From positions 29,450,001 through 29,514,000 of the forward strand of contig NC_135881.1 in the NCBI RefSeq assembly GCF_964194155.1: a DNA stretch of 64,000 nucleotides, given 5' to 3'. Every line of letters begins with the position of its first letter. Positions within the stretch are counted from its first letter, which is position 1. The notes beneath the pieces were generated by a model. The model made no database searches. It saw only the letters and a program-made list of their open reading frames with translations, and was not told the origin of the DNA. Source of the DNA: Cetorhinus maximus. Lineage: Eukaryota. The position numbers and the translations under genes were made by a program. Positions 1 to 12,683 of the stretch are shown here, piece by piece.

Positions 1-149
1 ACCGCAGACTGCTTTTTTAAAATTTAAAGGCCAGAAGATTTAAATCCCTTGATAACTTGACAATTCCAATGAACTTGACAGTTCTACTGAGTTTTTCTAC
101 CTTTTGCACACATTCATGTCTAATTTTAACAATGATAAAGAGCAACTTA

Positions 150-275
150 CCTCTCCCAAAGGGCACTTTATTTCTCCCAAAGGATACCTTACTTCCCCAA
201 AAGGTGTCCCTGGACCAATCCAAAAGGGTATACTATCTTCCAAAAGGGTACCCTGTTTCTCCAAAGGACTCTGCT
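150..275. repeat. Degenerate about 21-23-bp minisatellite (core TCCCAAAGG), about 6 units
   Basis: ctcccaaaggg / ctcccaaagga / ccccaaaagg / tccaaaaggg x2 / tccaaagga. Confidence 0.7.
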
Positions 276-662
276 AAATTTAAACTCCCTGATAGGTATA
301 AAGTGCACAAATTGCATTTTGGACACCTGACCATCCAAAATTGGATCTGACTGAAGGCATCTGGCTTTAACATGAGCAGCTGCCTCCGTGAGCCACAGAT
401 TTGCAAAAAACAAGCTGTTTTTGTTTCCCCCCCAGACCCTACGAAAATGGTAGTGGCCAGATTTGGGGATGGGACTTCCGGTTCTGGAACTCCGGTGCCA
501 TTTTGGCCAAGCCAGACACCCGCTCCAATTGCATGACAATTCAGGCCTTAGTTCCCAGAGGGTGTGATGGGAACACAGGAACAAGAATAGGTTAATTTAG
601 TTCCTTGAGTCTGTTCTGAGATTCATTGAGATCATGGTTGATCTGCGACCTGACTCCATATG

Positions 663-930
663 CCCGGTGAATGGCACAATGGGCAGGGACACAGCCCTTT
701 CATCTCTGAAATCGGGTTTGAATCCAGTCCAGGGTGACAATCTCCTCTATCTGGGAAGCCAAATGGCGGCATATTTCCTACTGGATGTGGGCCCAAGGGT
801 TAGGACTGCCCGTAATTCAGCAAGGATTGGCAATGTCACTTGCAAAACCATAAAGCTGCCTGGTGTAGGAAGTGGAAAACTTCACACTGCCGCAGCAGAG
901 GATGTAAATATTTAAACGAGATCCTGAAGC
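663..930 (+). mobile_element. tRNA-derived SINE
   Basis: A-box TGGCACAATGG (about 672) and B-box GGTTTGAATCC (about 715) at tRNA-like spacing; no full cloverleaf. Confidence 0.55.
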
Positions 931-2059
931 AGGGAAGGGAAAATATTACATTCTCCTTCCAGCATGTTTCGCAGAGACAGCACAATGATAACTGTGCTGG
1001 GAGCCGTCGAAGGTAGACATTTCATCAGCCAGTCTTTTTGTTTGTATAATAAAATTGCTGAGGTCCATTGTGTGGGATAACAGCAAGGCTGAAAAAGAGT
1101 GGGTCAGAAAATAAGGTAAAAAGGTGATACCCAGCTTGGGTTTTCTAGGAGAAAGGGCAGGGTGCATGAACTCCAAATTTTTGATATACTGGGATATCCA
1201 ATGGTGATTCTGAATTACTGTTAGTGCCCAAATCTATTACAAAATGTCCATTGGAATAACATCAGTGACAACGGATACTAAAATGAATTCACATAACAAC
1301 CAATGGAAGTCACCTCCACAGCTCCTGATGATACAATGTCAGAACAATAGAACCGTTTTTCTGAGGAAATATTCAAGAAGATTTTTCAAAGCTTAACTAT
1401 ATTTTCTTTTAAAAGGATTGTGAGTTACACTTAGCCCTTATAAATCTGCTGGTGAACTCATCAAACCTTACCCTTATCTTCTCCTTTAATACACTTCTTA
1501 AATTGTTCAAGTGTTTGTAACATGGGAGGCTCGTGCCTGAGGCAGGCGAGATTATGTGCTCAAGGCTGTAGTGGGAATTAAGCCCACAACCTTTTTATCA
1601 GCTGAAGCGAGAGTGACACCAACGGAGCATGGCAGCTGATGCTACTCTGTCATTGTGACTACTAGTAGATACTAACCTGTATCAATGGCCATCACTTTCA
1701 CCTCAATGGGTTCAAAACCCACTCTAGAACTTGAGTACAAAATCCAGGCTGACACTGCAGTGCCTAGGGAATGCCAATATAGGATGTTAAATGGAAGCAC
1801 TGTTTGTCTTTTCAAGTAAATGTTTCAGATGCTAAATGAACCAAACTGACACTGGAGGGAAGTCTAAAATGGGAGATTGTCTTGTGGTTCCCAGAAGTCT
1901 GAAATAATCACACTACTTAACACAGATACTTGGAGTTGACATCAAGTGTATTTTTCACATCTCTCCGTGTGTGTGTGGCAGAATGATATAATGCAGATTC
2001 TGCACACAGGCTGCAGTGCAGTAGTGAATGCTGTATATACAGGTATGTGCATGACAATA

Positions 2060-4545
2060 TAGGGTTTATGGGGGCTTGGGGGGGTGGCGGCTGGTGGGGC
2101 GGGGGGGTGTGGACTGCTTGTCCGCCCCCAGAAGGAATGTTGCCAGCAGCCGGTGCACCCATAAGCAGCCTGCCCCGCATCCATAAAACGCTGCCAACGG
2201 GCGAAACTGGGTGGCAGTGGGACTTTTTGCCCATCAGTGGGAGGAAGTCCCACCCTCGAGAGATGCCGGCCAATCCCGACAGCGCCGGAGCTCAGTGTTG
2301 GGCACTGCCGGGACTGCAAGCAAGTCCAGGAAGAAGAGAAGAGGGACGCTGGAAGGTAAGTCGGGCTCTTTTTGGATAGGGAGGGATTGGGCAGCACAGG
2401 GAGGGGGCTGAGGGGAGATGGGTGGTGGGGTTTCTGGCTTTGGAGGCCAGGTGGGAGGGAATGGGGTGGGGGGGGGGAGGGTAAAATTTTGTAAGGGGTA
2501 CCCCCAATGCGCAGATGGCATGCACCCACAGGACATACCCCCTTCCTTTCCACCTTATAAACATCTGCGTTTGAAAAACCACCTGCCCACTCCTGCCCGC
2601 TGCTCATGCCAACCATATCATGGCCTTGACAGCATGTGATCCGGGTCAATTGGCTTGTTACCAAAATTATTTCTTTAAATGTGGTGCTGATTTTGGCACC
2701 TGCCCACCCATGGCATTATGGGGGAGGCCCCGGGGGCGGACAGGAAGGTGTTGGACCTGCTGCCCGTCATATTTTATGTACCCGCCACCCTCATCGTAAA
2801 CACGCCCACTGGGCTGACGTAAAACCCAGCCCATAGCTCCTAAATCATTTTGGAATAATATAACCGTGGCCCAAAACTTCTGATCCGAATCAGAACCCCT
2901 GTGTTCAAAAGGCTCCAATTTCCCACCCACGATGCAGAAAACTCCCTCAGCGCAGGAATCCACACAGAGAGCAGCGAAGAAAATCAGTGCAGAAGCCCAC
3001 CGCACCCCTCCCCCAACTTTTACAATACCAGCCGCCATAAGGTAAGTTCAAATGTCCAGTGTGAATGGATGAATGAGTGAGTGAGTGGATGAATGAGTGA
3101 ATGGGTAGGGTGGGTGGGTGGATGTGTTAATTGGGTAGCGTGGCAGATGGGTGAGGTGGTAGAGTGGCAGGTTGGTGAGTTGGGTGGGTGGGTGAGTGGG
3201 TCGTTGGGTCGGGTCAGGAGGGGTTGTCAGGTCAGGCAGCGGGGAGTTGGGGCTGGGGGTTGAGTCGAGGGGTCACGGGGTAGTTGGGTGTTGGGGGCTA
3301 GTCAGGTTGAGTCTATGGAATTCATGGGGTCAGTGGGGGTTAGGGGTTGCGTTGGGGCGTCAGGGGGCTACTCAGAGGGTTGGGGGGGGTTAGAAGGTCA
3401 GGGGGTGTAGTTGTGGGTTCTGGGGTGGCAATCAGGGAATCGAAGAGGGAGTTGGAGGGGTTCAGTGTGAGTGATTGGGGGAGTCAATTGTATAGTCTCC
3501 CAGGAGTTAGAATAAGAATTTTCAGTCTAACATTTCCTGCACCACAATCCAGGTGTGTCTCACGGAACTGTCCAAGATCTCCGACCCCAATTCAGAGGGT
3601 ACTGGGCAATTCCCGTGGAGTCATTGCACTGGGACTCCCACGGGGTCCCAAAGTACATCAATGGGGGTACGTCTGATCTCCAATGATCCAGCGATTGTAA
3701 AATCAGGGCTGTTATAGCAGAAAGATTGCGCAAGGTCTGGGAAGGGATTTAATTGGGCAGTGAATGGCTTTTCCATATTCCATGATAGATTTTCAAATTC
3801 CATGGGACCTACTGTATGTTCATCCAAGCAGTTTTCTAAACTACCAGGGATACACTCGGAGGTATGATTTTCTAACATGACGGAGAGCTTCTTCGCAAAA
3901 AAAAAGAGGGGAAATCTAACCTCCAAAATAAAAAAGTTGGGTTTGGTAGGACGGGGTTCCAAAATTTAAAAATTCTAATATCCTCAGCCCAACCCACCAC
4001 AAGTCCCACCCATTTCTAGTTTTAACGGAGACGGGACGGGAGGGGGTGGAGGCAGGCAGCCAACCTCCGCTCAGGAGGTGGGTTGTTGGCTTAACGTTTA
4101 AATCAGGTTGCGAGCCTCAGAATTTATTTCCTTTTTAAGTTTCATCCAGCAGCTGAAGGGAGGCATGAGCTGCGGTGTGGAAGAGATAAGTGGCTTTTCT
4201 CAGTGGCTTACAGGCCAGCTGGGCCCTCAGCTAACCTGCTTCCGCCTCCAAGATCAATCACCCTCCCCCACCCCCACCCCCACCACCATCCACACTCACC
4301 TGTTAAAGGAACCTCCTGCCCTGTGACTGGGTCACTCTGGTCCCTGCCCTCCTGCCCCACCCAGCACCACGATTGGATCCTTCTTCGCTGATCCTCCCCT
4401 GATCACGTCCCACCCCATTCTTCGCTCCAATTTGCCTCCGACTTTCCAGCAATCAACTCCTATGCCTACAAGCCGCCCTGTATCCACTCCTCCCCCACAC
4501 CTGCCCACAATCTCTACCACTCGGGTAAAATTGGGCTCCCAGGCT
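2060..4545. mobile_element. Cluster of degraded GC-rich non-autonomous DNA transposons with G-rich tracts
   Basis: TIR-like ends (GTAAAACCCAGCCC at about 2832; GTAAAATTGGGC at about 4535) and a G-rich low-complexity tract at 3060-3480. Boundaries are approximate. Confidence 0.45.
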
Positions 4546-5615
4546 CCTGGCCAGAATTCCTTCAATCCGTCCACCCTCTCTCCCAGCATGAAAGTCCTGC
4601 TCCATGAAATACCGGGGCCAGTATGAGCAGAAAGTGTGGCCATATCCGTAAGCGATCAGAAAATCATGTGCAAGGTGTGCTTGAATTTCTAATATGTGTG
4701 CCCACTGGGTTTGGCTCTTCACTGGCAGTGCCAAGTTGGAACATTACCCATCTGATACCATTTTTAAATAGGAATCAGAAGGACAGAGTAAAAAAACACA
4801 TTCATTCTTACCAGTCTTTGGAGTAAGTCCAATTGGGAAACATTTTAAAATATTTTTTTGCATTTAGCTTCTTCATAAAGCTCCCCCAATTCCTTCAGCT
4901 GCAAAGTTCATAAATTCTGACCCTTCACCTCTCCATATAAATCGACAACCTCTGCTCTAACTGGCTGGCAGTGGGCACAATTTCATTTGGCCAAAAAAAA
5001 TGTATAAACCTTGGTCCAGTGAGATATACAACTACGATTCACGGAGCACTCTTACTCTTGTGACTCAGCCTTTGCTACCGCCAATCTCCGAGTGCTTGCA
5101 TTGTGCAATTGGATGGAACGGGAGAAGTAGATTTAAAGAAATAGTAAGTAAGCAGGTTAAAGGAATTGGAAAGTGTACAGAACAGTTTTACCAGATTGAT
5201 TCCAGGGTTTAAAGGATTAAAGTTATGAAGGCAGGTTGCTGAACCCTGGCTTGTGTTCTCTTGAGTTTTGAAGTTTGAGTGGTGATCTTATAAAGTCATT
5301 TAAAATGATTAAGGGACTTGGTAGAGGAGAAACAGAAAAGCAATTTCCTCTGCTGGGGCAGTACGGAACAGAAGGATAGAAGCTTAACATTGGAGCAAGA
5401 CCATTTCGGATTGAAAACAGGAAATATCTCCACACTGAGGCTGGCACAAATCCGGAATCCTGACTTCCAAGAAGCTGTGAATGCTGAGTCAATTGAAACT
5501 TTCAATACTGAGATTGATAGGCTTTTGTCAGGTAAGAGAACGAAGAGACATAGAACAAAGACAGGAGTTAAGGTATAGATTAGTCATGCTCTAAATGAAC
5601 GATGAAACAAACACA

Positions 5616-5760
5616 GAGATAAAAACAAAAAGTTAAAAGCTACTGCGGATGCTGGAAATACAAAACAAAAACAGAATTACCTGGAAAAACTCAGCAGGTC
5701 TGGCAGCATCGGTGGAGAAGAAAAGAGTTGACGTTTCGAGTCCAACATGACCCTTCAACA
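5616..5760 (-). mobile_element. Short Penelope-like/SINE-like insertion with partial hammerhead
   Basis: Same family as 47577-47765. Direct repeat AAACAAACACA at 5605-15 and 5761-71. Confidence 0.75.
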
Positions 5761-6113
5761 AAACAAACACAATGGTCTTTATGTCTATTCCTCTCCTTAA
5801 AAATAATGAATAAGCTCCTTTGGGCCTAATTATCTCTTCCTGTAGTGAAACATTCTTCTCTTGGGATATTTCTGTTGCTAACTTCATTCCTATTTATCAA
5901 TCGAAGCGCATGGCCAGAAACTACGTGACAGGAAACAACAAAATAACAACAACCATTTCCATTTATTCGGCACCTTTAAACTAGTAAAAAGTCCCAAGGT
6001 GCTTCGCGGGTGCATTATTGCACCAAAAGTTTACACCTAGTATTTAGCACTGAGAAATGGATAACTAATAACTTTGTAGTGAAGGGGCCTCTAGGAAAGA
6101 GTGACCATAATAT

Positions 6114-6817
6114 GGTAGAATTTTATATTGGGCAGGATTATTCACTGAGCAGGTGGGCGCGAGCCCAACCCGCTCGAACATAAAACGACGTGCGGTGACG
6201 TTGGGCGAGCATCCCAACATTATTGTGTACTCGCCCGCTATTTCGGTCAGTGGGCGCGTGCGGGAGTTGGCAGAGCGCCTGCTGACAATTAAAAGGCCTA
6301 TTAAGGCCATTAAAAATGTAATTGAATTATATTTCTCGCTGCCCGTCCTTACGGTTGGCGGGCAGGCGAAAAGGCCATGCATTTTTTGTGAAGCCTCATC
6401 CACGGGCGGGATGAGATTTCGACCTGTCGTTAAAAATAAACAAATTTCATCCTAATTTCTAACATGACCCTGCTCATGGGACAGAGTCACATGAGGGGAC
6501 ATGTTTTTTTTTAACATTTTAAAAATCTTTATTTCTAATTTTCAAAACTCTTCACCTCCCTGAGGCCGCTCTGTGCCTCAGGGAGCTTTTCCAGCGCGCC
6601 TCCGCCCGCATGTGCGAACTTGCACTGTTGCCCTCCTTGTCCCCCTCCCCCCCCACAACACAGGCAACGCTGAAGCACGAATTTCACGCTGGGTGGGCCT
6701 TAATTGGCCCATCAGCGTGAAATCCCGGCCCAACCCCGATTCCGGGCGACGGTGGACTTCCCGACTGCTCCCGCCTGCCCCTGCTGAGCCCGCCCTGATG
6801 AGGGAAAATTCCTGGCC
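6114..6817 (+). mobile_element. Harbinger-derived about 0.7-kb MITE
   Basis: Aligns with the 15691 and 49914 copies and shares the internal palindromes (cctcatcc..ggatgag; ccctgagg..cctcaggg). Confidence 0.85.
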
Positions 6818-6908
6818 TTTGAGTTTGAAGTGATTTGTTAAGCCTGCAACAACTTTAAGGAGGTATTTATTAGGGTGGTTAAGGAGGAACCGTTGGATGT
6901 GGTGTTCG

Positions 6909-7491
6909 GGGCCAGAATTTTCTGCTCGGCGCGAGAATTGGCACCGTGCCCGCCGACAATTAAGAGGTCTCTTCAGGCCATTAATCGATTGATCAAGAAT
7001 GTTATTTTTAGCTGCCCGTCCAACCTTACGGGTTGGCGGGCTGGCGAATCAGCCAGGCGGCCTTTGGGTTTTTGCGCAAACCTCATCCAAGGGCGGGGTG
7101 GGGTTTCTGATCATTTTTGAAAGATACAAATGTTTGGGCAGAACTTTTATCATCGATATGTTTAGGTGAGCGCTTCTTATATGTGGAAAATGATATCCAG
7201 GATTTTGACATCTTTATTTAAGAGTTTAAAATTCTTCAGCTCCCTGAGACAGCTCTTTGCCCTCGGTGGGCGCTCCCCGGCACCTGTGCAGACTTCTGCG
7301 CTCGCCCTCCTCCCCCCACCCCCCCAACCCTGTTAGTGCTGAGCTTTTCAGCACGTCCGTCATGCTGGCCGGCCGTTAATTGGCCAGCCAATGTGAAATC
7401 GCGGCCAGAGGCCGATCACGGGCAGGGGGCCCTTTCCTGGCTGCTCCCGGGCCCGCCCACCGCACCCGCCTGGCGAGCCAAAAATCCGGTC
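6909..7491 (+). mobile_element. Harbinger-derived MITE, internally deleted
   Basis: GGGCCAGAATTTT...AAAATCCGGTC termini and the family palindromes. Confidence 0.8.
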
Positions 7492-8625
7492 CTTGATCGT
7501 GTACAACTCAAGACGACATTCCCCATATCGGGACCCATGGGATTGGGAACAATATATTAATATGAATTGGGGAATTGGTTACTGGAAAGAAAACAGAGAG
7601 CAGGGCCAGAATTTCCGGCACAGCTCGGTGAGCGGGGTCCGCTCGCTGAGGCGTAAAATGACGCGGGGTGATGTCGGGCATCATTTAGATTTTCAGTTCG
7701 GTGGGCGCGCGGCCGACTCAGCTGCACACCCGCCAAACTGGCAAAGGCCTATTAAGGCCATTTAAAAACTAATTAGAGAAATAAACTGAGCTGCCTGTCC
7801 AACCTTAAGGTTGGATGGGCAGGTGAAGAGCCCAGGCGGCCTGCGCATTTATCATGGAACCTCATCCACGGGCGGGATGAGTTCTTATGAAGTGTTTATA
7901 AATTGAATGAAAACTGAAAAAAAATTCATTGGCATGTCCCAGCTCATGTCACATGAAGGGACTTGTCTTAAAATTTTTTCTTTTCTTTATTCAGCTTTTT
8001 AAAACGTAAACTAATCTCCCTGAGGCACCTCTGTTCCTCAGGGAGATTTCTGCGCTCTTTTGCACGCATGCAGGCCCTGACTCAAGCAATCCCCCTTCCG
8101 CCCGCACAGGGAGCGCTCAGCACTTCCGGGTGCGCGTCACGCTGGGCGGGCCTTAATTGGCCCGCCCACTTAAAATGGCGACGTGGATCCGATTGGGGGC
8201 GCCAATTGGGTTCGTGCCCGCCTCATCACGCGCCATTGCGATATTTGGTTGGGCGGGCACATGATGATATCCGCTGCGCACCCGCCATTAATTAACGGGA
8301 CACTTAAGGCCCTCGTCTCACCAATCGGCACGATTTTTCGGCGCCCATGCAATTTTCGGGTCAGCGCACGGGCAAAACGGGCAGGCGAGTAGGAGATATT
8401 TGTATAAACCTCATCAAAGGGCGGGATAAGAGGGCTCACTGAGGTCGCGAATGTGCACAGTCAAGTATTGATTTTTCAAAGTTATTGAAACTTGCCTGTG
8501 TGATCTGCAATACTTCAAAACACATACCAGCTGCGTGGTCTGGACTCTTAACCTTCAGGTCAGCACTCTGCAGTGAGGAATCTTTTTTGGGCCTGCAGGT
8601 TTCTGGAAGTCTTCCCTTAGCCTGG

Positions 8626-9848
8626 GAATTGGAGTTGTGCTCTCCACTGGAGGCACCTCCTCTGAGGAGGAAGGGAGGGCTAGAAGGGGGAGGAGGCCAG
8701 GAATGCATATTCAGCCTCCAGTGGAGCCACCTTTGGGTGGACAGGCACAGGCACAAGGGGCGCAGGGCCAAGAGGTAGCCCCAGGCAGAAGGGGTCACAG
8801 AAAACGCCACTATCCTGCTGCCAGGGTATACAGGCGGCGAAGCAGCTACCTCAATATATCTGAGGTGCAGTGCCGAAGGAGGCTCTGTCTCTCAAGGGAG
8901 ACAGTCAACTGTATCTGTCAGATGATTGGGCCTGAGATCTCTGCGAACTGTGAGGGTGGACACCCCATACCAGTGGTTCTAAACGTCACAGCTGCCCTCA
9001 ACTTCTCTGCCTCTGACTCCTTCCAGGGCTCGGTGGGTGATCTTTGCGGTGTCTCCCAATCAGCTGTCCACACTTGTGTCAAACAGGTTACAGATGCTCT
9101 GTTCAGGCGTGCATTGACCTTCATCCTCTACTGTTAGGACCAGGCAAGTCAGACACAGTGAGCCAGAGGCTTCGCAGCCATTGCTGGCTTCCCCCGTGTC
9201 CAGGGTGCAATAGACTGTACACATGTGGCCATCAAGGCGCCAGCAGGTGAGCCCGGTGCCTTCGTCAACAGGAAGGGCTTCCACTCCATGAACGTGCAGA
9301 TAGTGTGTGATCACAGGATGCTGATTCTACAAGTCTGTGCAAGGTACCCAGGCAGCTCCCACGGTGCCTTCAGCCTCAGACACTCTCAGGTGCCGGGGCT
9401 CTTCAGTGCTCCGGCTTGATGGTTGGCTGCTGTGTGACAAGGGCTATCCCCTCAGAAGGTAGTTCATGACGCCTCTCCGCCATCCAAGAACAGAAGCTGA
9501 GCAGTGGTACAATAGGAGCCACGGCACCACAAAGGCTGTGGTAGAGAGAATCATCGGTGTTCTCAAGATGCGCTTCCGATGCCTGGACCGCTCAGGGGGC
9601 GCACTCTTGTACCCCCCAGATCGTGTCTTGGTGATAGTGGTTGCTGCTGCGCTCTCCACAATCTTGCGCTGGAACGGGGGAACGATGAAGACGTTGACGC
9701 AGTGTCTGCGGCTGCACACGATGAGTCCAGCAGTGAGTCCGAGGATGAGCAGGAAAAGGGAAATGCTGAGGGGGTAGACGCTGACCCGGGCATACTCCAG
9801 GGAGGCAGGGACACGTGGGAGGCTTTAATCCAACAAACCTTCAGCTAG
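8626..9848 (+). pseudogene. Harbinger (HARBI1-like) DDE transposase, disrupted
   Basis: Motifs GAIDCTHVAIK, VNRKGFHSMNVQIVCD, ARYPGSSH, WLLCDKGYPL, YNRSHGTTKAVVERIIGVLKMRFRCL. In-frame stops at 9135 and 9159 plus frameshifts. AATAAA at 9953-9958. Confidence 0.93.
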
Positions 9849-10149
9849 CACACCACATATGAACCTCCAGGACAAGCCTGGGCTGTCGGCTCCATACTCG
9901 ATACCCACGTGCAAAATCTGCCAGGTTAGGAACAGTAACTAAGGGCCTTGTTAATAAAGCTGAATGTCCCACAAATCACTCATAACATTTTTGGAAACCA
10001 TACACAGACAGAAGAAAAGAGGCACCCTCTGCCTTGGTCACTTGTCTGAATTTAATATCACAAGCAAAGAAATTTAAGCCAAAAAAATGACAATTGTGTT
10101 CCAATTCAAAGCAAATGATTAAGATCTCATCTCGGGCCAACACAAAAGC

Positions 10150-12120
10150 ACCAGTGATAAACCTGTGGTGTGCCTAAGGTGCCTTATGTTTACATTTCCA
10201 GGTGCTACGTCTTGGTGCTGCCCCATCGCTGGGAGTGGTACCTGAGACAGCCGGCTGACTCTGCTGTCCTGTTGGCCTGGATGACCTTGGCGGTCGTCCT
10301 CTGGCCCGTGGACCCTGTGCTGGCCCCACCTGGGAGGGAGCTGCCAGTTCCACAGCTGGCATCTCCCCAGTCGTCACAGCCTCACTAGATGATAAAGCAC
10401 TGGGAGAGGGGCAGAGGAGCTGAAGCCCTCATCCAGAGCGCCCTGAGAGGAGCCCACAGAGACGACAGGCAGCTGCTGCGCTGATGTACGGTCGCTTCGG
10501 AACTCCCTGCTCACCGTGGATGGATGGGCACCGAGCTAGGAAACTTGGTGCCCAGACCATATCCCACACTGGCACTGACCAGCTGTGGTCAAGGCCGATG
10601 TGATGGCTTGCTGGTCAGAGCGCATCCCCAGGAAGCCCTGACCGGTCTCCTGGAGGAGCCTCTCCATGAGAGTAGCCACTCGAGGACGCATGTCGCTCGG
10701 ATAAGTGACTCATTGCTTTGGGGATCTTCCGCGTAGACTCCTCCACCACGGAGACCAAGCCAAGCATAGCCTCATGTATCTCCCCCAGATGCTCCCACAC
10801 ACCCGGCCGCATTTCCTGCCCCTGCTGCGTCGCGGACGACTCCAGAAGCACATCATCAGGCACCGTCTGAGCATGTGCCTGGTACCCTGCAGTCCTTTGA
10901 CTGCTGGCACCATGGGCACTCTCTGCCTCTGCCAGCTCCTCCAGCGACTGTGAAGTGCCCTCACCGCTGTGCCCCGGGACACTAGCCGGTGTTCGAATTC
11001 CCACCGAGGTGCTGGTATCTGAGCTGGTGCCTGCCTGGCCGAGATGGTGTGACGCTGGTGAGACTTCAGGGCCCTCAGGTGTGAGAGGGGGCCTCTGCTG
11101 CTCCTCCTCCAGGCCCAGCTCCGCTGATGCTGAAAGGAAGAACAAGGACATTGGATCAGTTAACGCGGAGACAATGTCAATGTACATCCCTGTCCCCGGG
11201 TCATTATGCGCTCATCCTCCCATAAACAATGGTCAAGCCATGTTGCAAAATTAAATCAATTAACATTCAGCAGTGCCATGGCTGTTGGGAGAACAATGGT
11301 GACCTCACTGCTGGGCAAACATACCTGGCCATAGCGCCCCAGCCTCACCGACACCAGTGGACCTGGGCACATGGCGCCTCTCCAAATCCAGGGCCTCCTG
11401 CTCAAACTGGATCAGAATCGTGAACTGTGCCTGGCTCCACACCCACCCACCCTCCCCTTGGCCAAATGCTGCCTACATCACATTAGGCACCACACGGTAT
11501 ATCCTTCCATAGCAAGGAGGCGCAAGCACATGGAGCGCAGAGGGCAGCAGATGGTTCATTGCCACGTCACCTTGAAGCTCCCCTCCCAGCCTGTCATCAC
11601 CCTGACTTGCACATGTCCTGGATTTCCAGCACTGTGCCTGGGTGCAGCTCCTCCAGGTTGCCCCTAAAACAGTAATGTGGGTCTCAGTGTACCACATGCT
11701 GCGGGGGCAGAACCCGTCTCTTCACCACCCTCTCAGGGTGACCTCGGCATGGGCAATATCTGCTGACCCACCCAGCGAAGGACACAGGCCGTCAATGATT
11801 CAATGCAGTCACTACACTCAGACTTGGGGGCGGAGGGAGTCAGCAGCGGGGAAAGCCGACCTGCTGGGTTAGTGACCAATGCCAACATGGTACTCACCCT
11901 TCCTGAGCGCAACAAATCGTTGAAGCGCTTGAACACTGGATCCAGGTGCGCTGCACCACATCGCGGGAGCTCACCACCTCTGCCACCTCCTCCCAGGCAC
12001 ACTTCGTCATTTTGGGAGGCCTCCTCCTCCTGTCCTGGGGAACCAGCACCTCCTGTCGTGCTGCCACCTCCTCGAGGAGGGCAGCAAGTGCGGTCACCAT
12101 AAAAACAAGGGGCACACTGG
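10150..12120 (-). pseudogene. Harbinger ORF2 Myb/SANT-like DNA-binding protein (3 exons), disrupted
   Basis: Exon 1 reads ALLEEVAARQEVL..AWEEVAEVVSSRDVVQRTWIQC..RFNDLLRSGR|gtgagt and ends at 11898. Exon 2 ends at 11325; exon 3 starts at 11129 after ttcttcctttcag. Confidence 0.85.
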
Positions 12121-12683
12121 CCCCCCCCCCGCCCTATCCTCCAGCCTGGCCTGCCCCAATGGTCTACCCTCCAGACATGCGTTACCTTCAGTGCCCCTCT
12201 GCAGAGCCCTTCACCCAGCCATTGTGAGCAGCCTTTCGCACCTGCTCACGTTCCCGCTCCATCGGCGCCCCCCCCCCCACACCGTGCCAGCCAGAAAATT
12301 CAGCCCATAGACTCAAAATAAGGGGTCAGCCATTAAGAATTGAAATAAGGAGAGATTTCTTTAGTCAAGTGGCTGTGAATCTTTGGAATTCTCTGCCCAG
12401 ATAGTTGGGAATGTTCATTCATTGAGTATATTCAAGACAAAAGTCGAGAGAGTTTTGGGTACCAAAGAAATTAAGGGATATAGGGATAGTGCGGGAGCGT
12501 ACAGTTAAGGTAGATCAGCCATAATCTTGTTAAAGGGATAAATAGCTTAATCCAGCTCCTATTTTCTTGTGTAATTTAACACTGAGCCATATAAGGAGAT
12601 AGTAGGATCGGTGACCCAAAATTTGTTTAAAGAGTTACGCTTTAAGGAATGGCTTAAAAGAGAAAAGAGATTATGGTGAATAT

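Larger units (their letters stand above)
7602..12306 (+). mobile_element. PIF/Harbinger DNA transposon H1 (decayed; left end fused to a MITE)
   Basis: Termini GGGCCAGAATTT...AAAATTCAGCCC. Contains a transposase pseudogene (+) and a convergent Myb/SANT-like pseudogene (-). Confidence 0.88.

Noticed and set aside
57-350. ORF with LPKGT-like peptide repeats
   Set aside because: By-product of the minisatellite; no splice or homology support.
963-1012. Possible + strand exon of a neighbouring gene
   Set aside because: Splice-like ends, but no recognisable peptide or partner exons.
1917-4734. Many Pro/Gly-rich ORFs
   Set aside because: They arise from GC-skewed low-complexity transposon sequence.
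8626-9848. Domesticated HARBI1 host gene
   Set aside because: Stops, frameshifts, TIRs and a second similar copy show it is a dead transposon.
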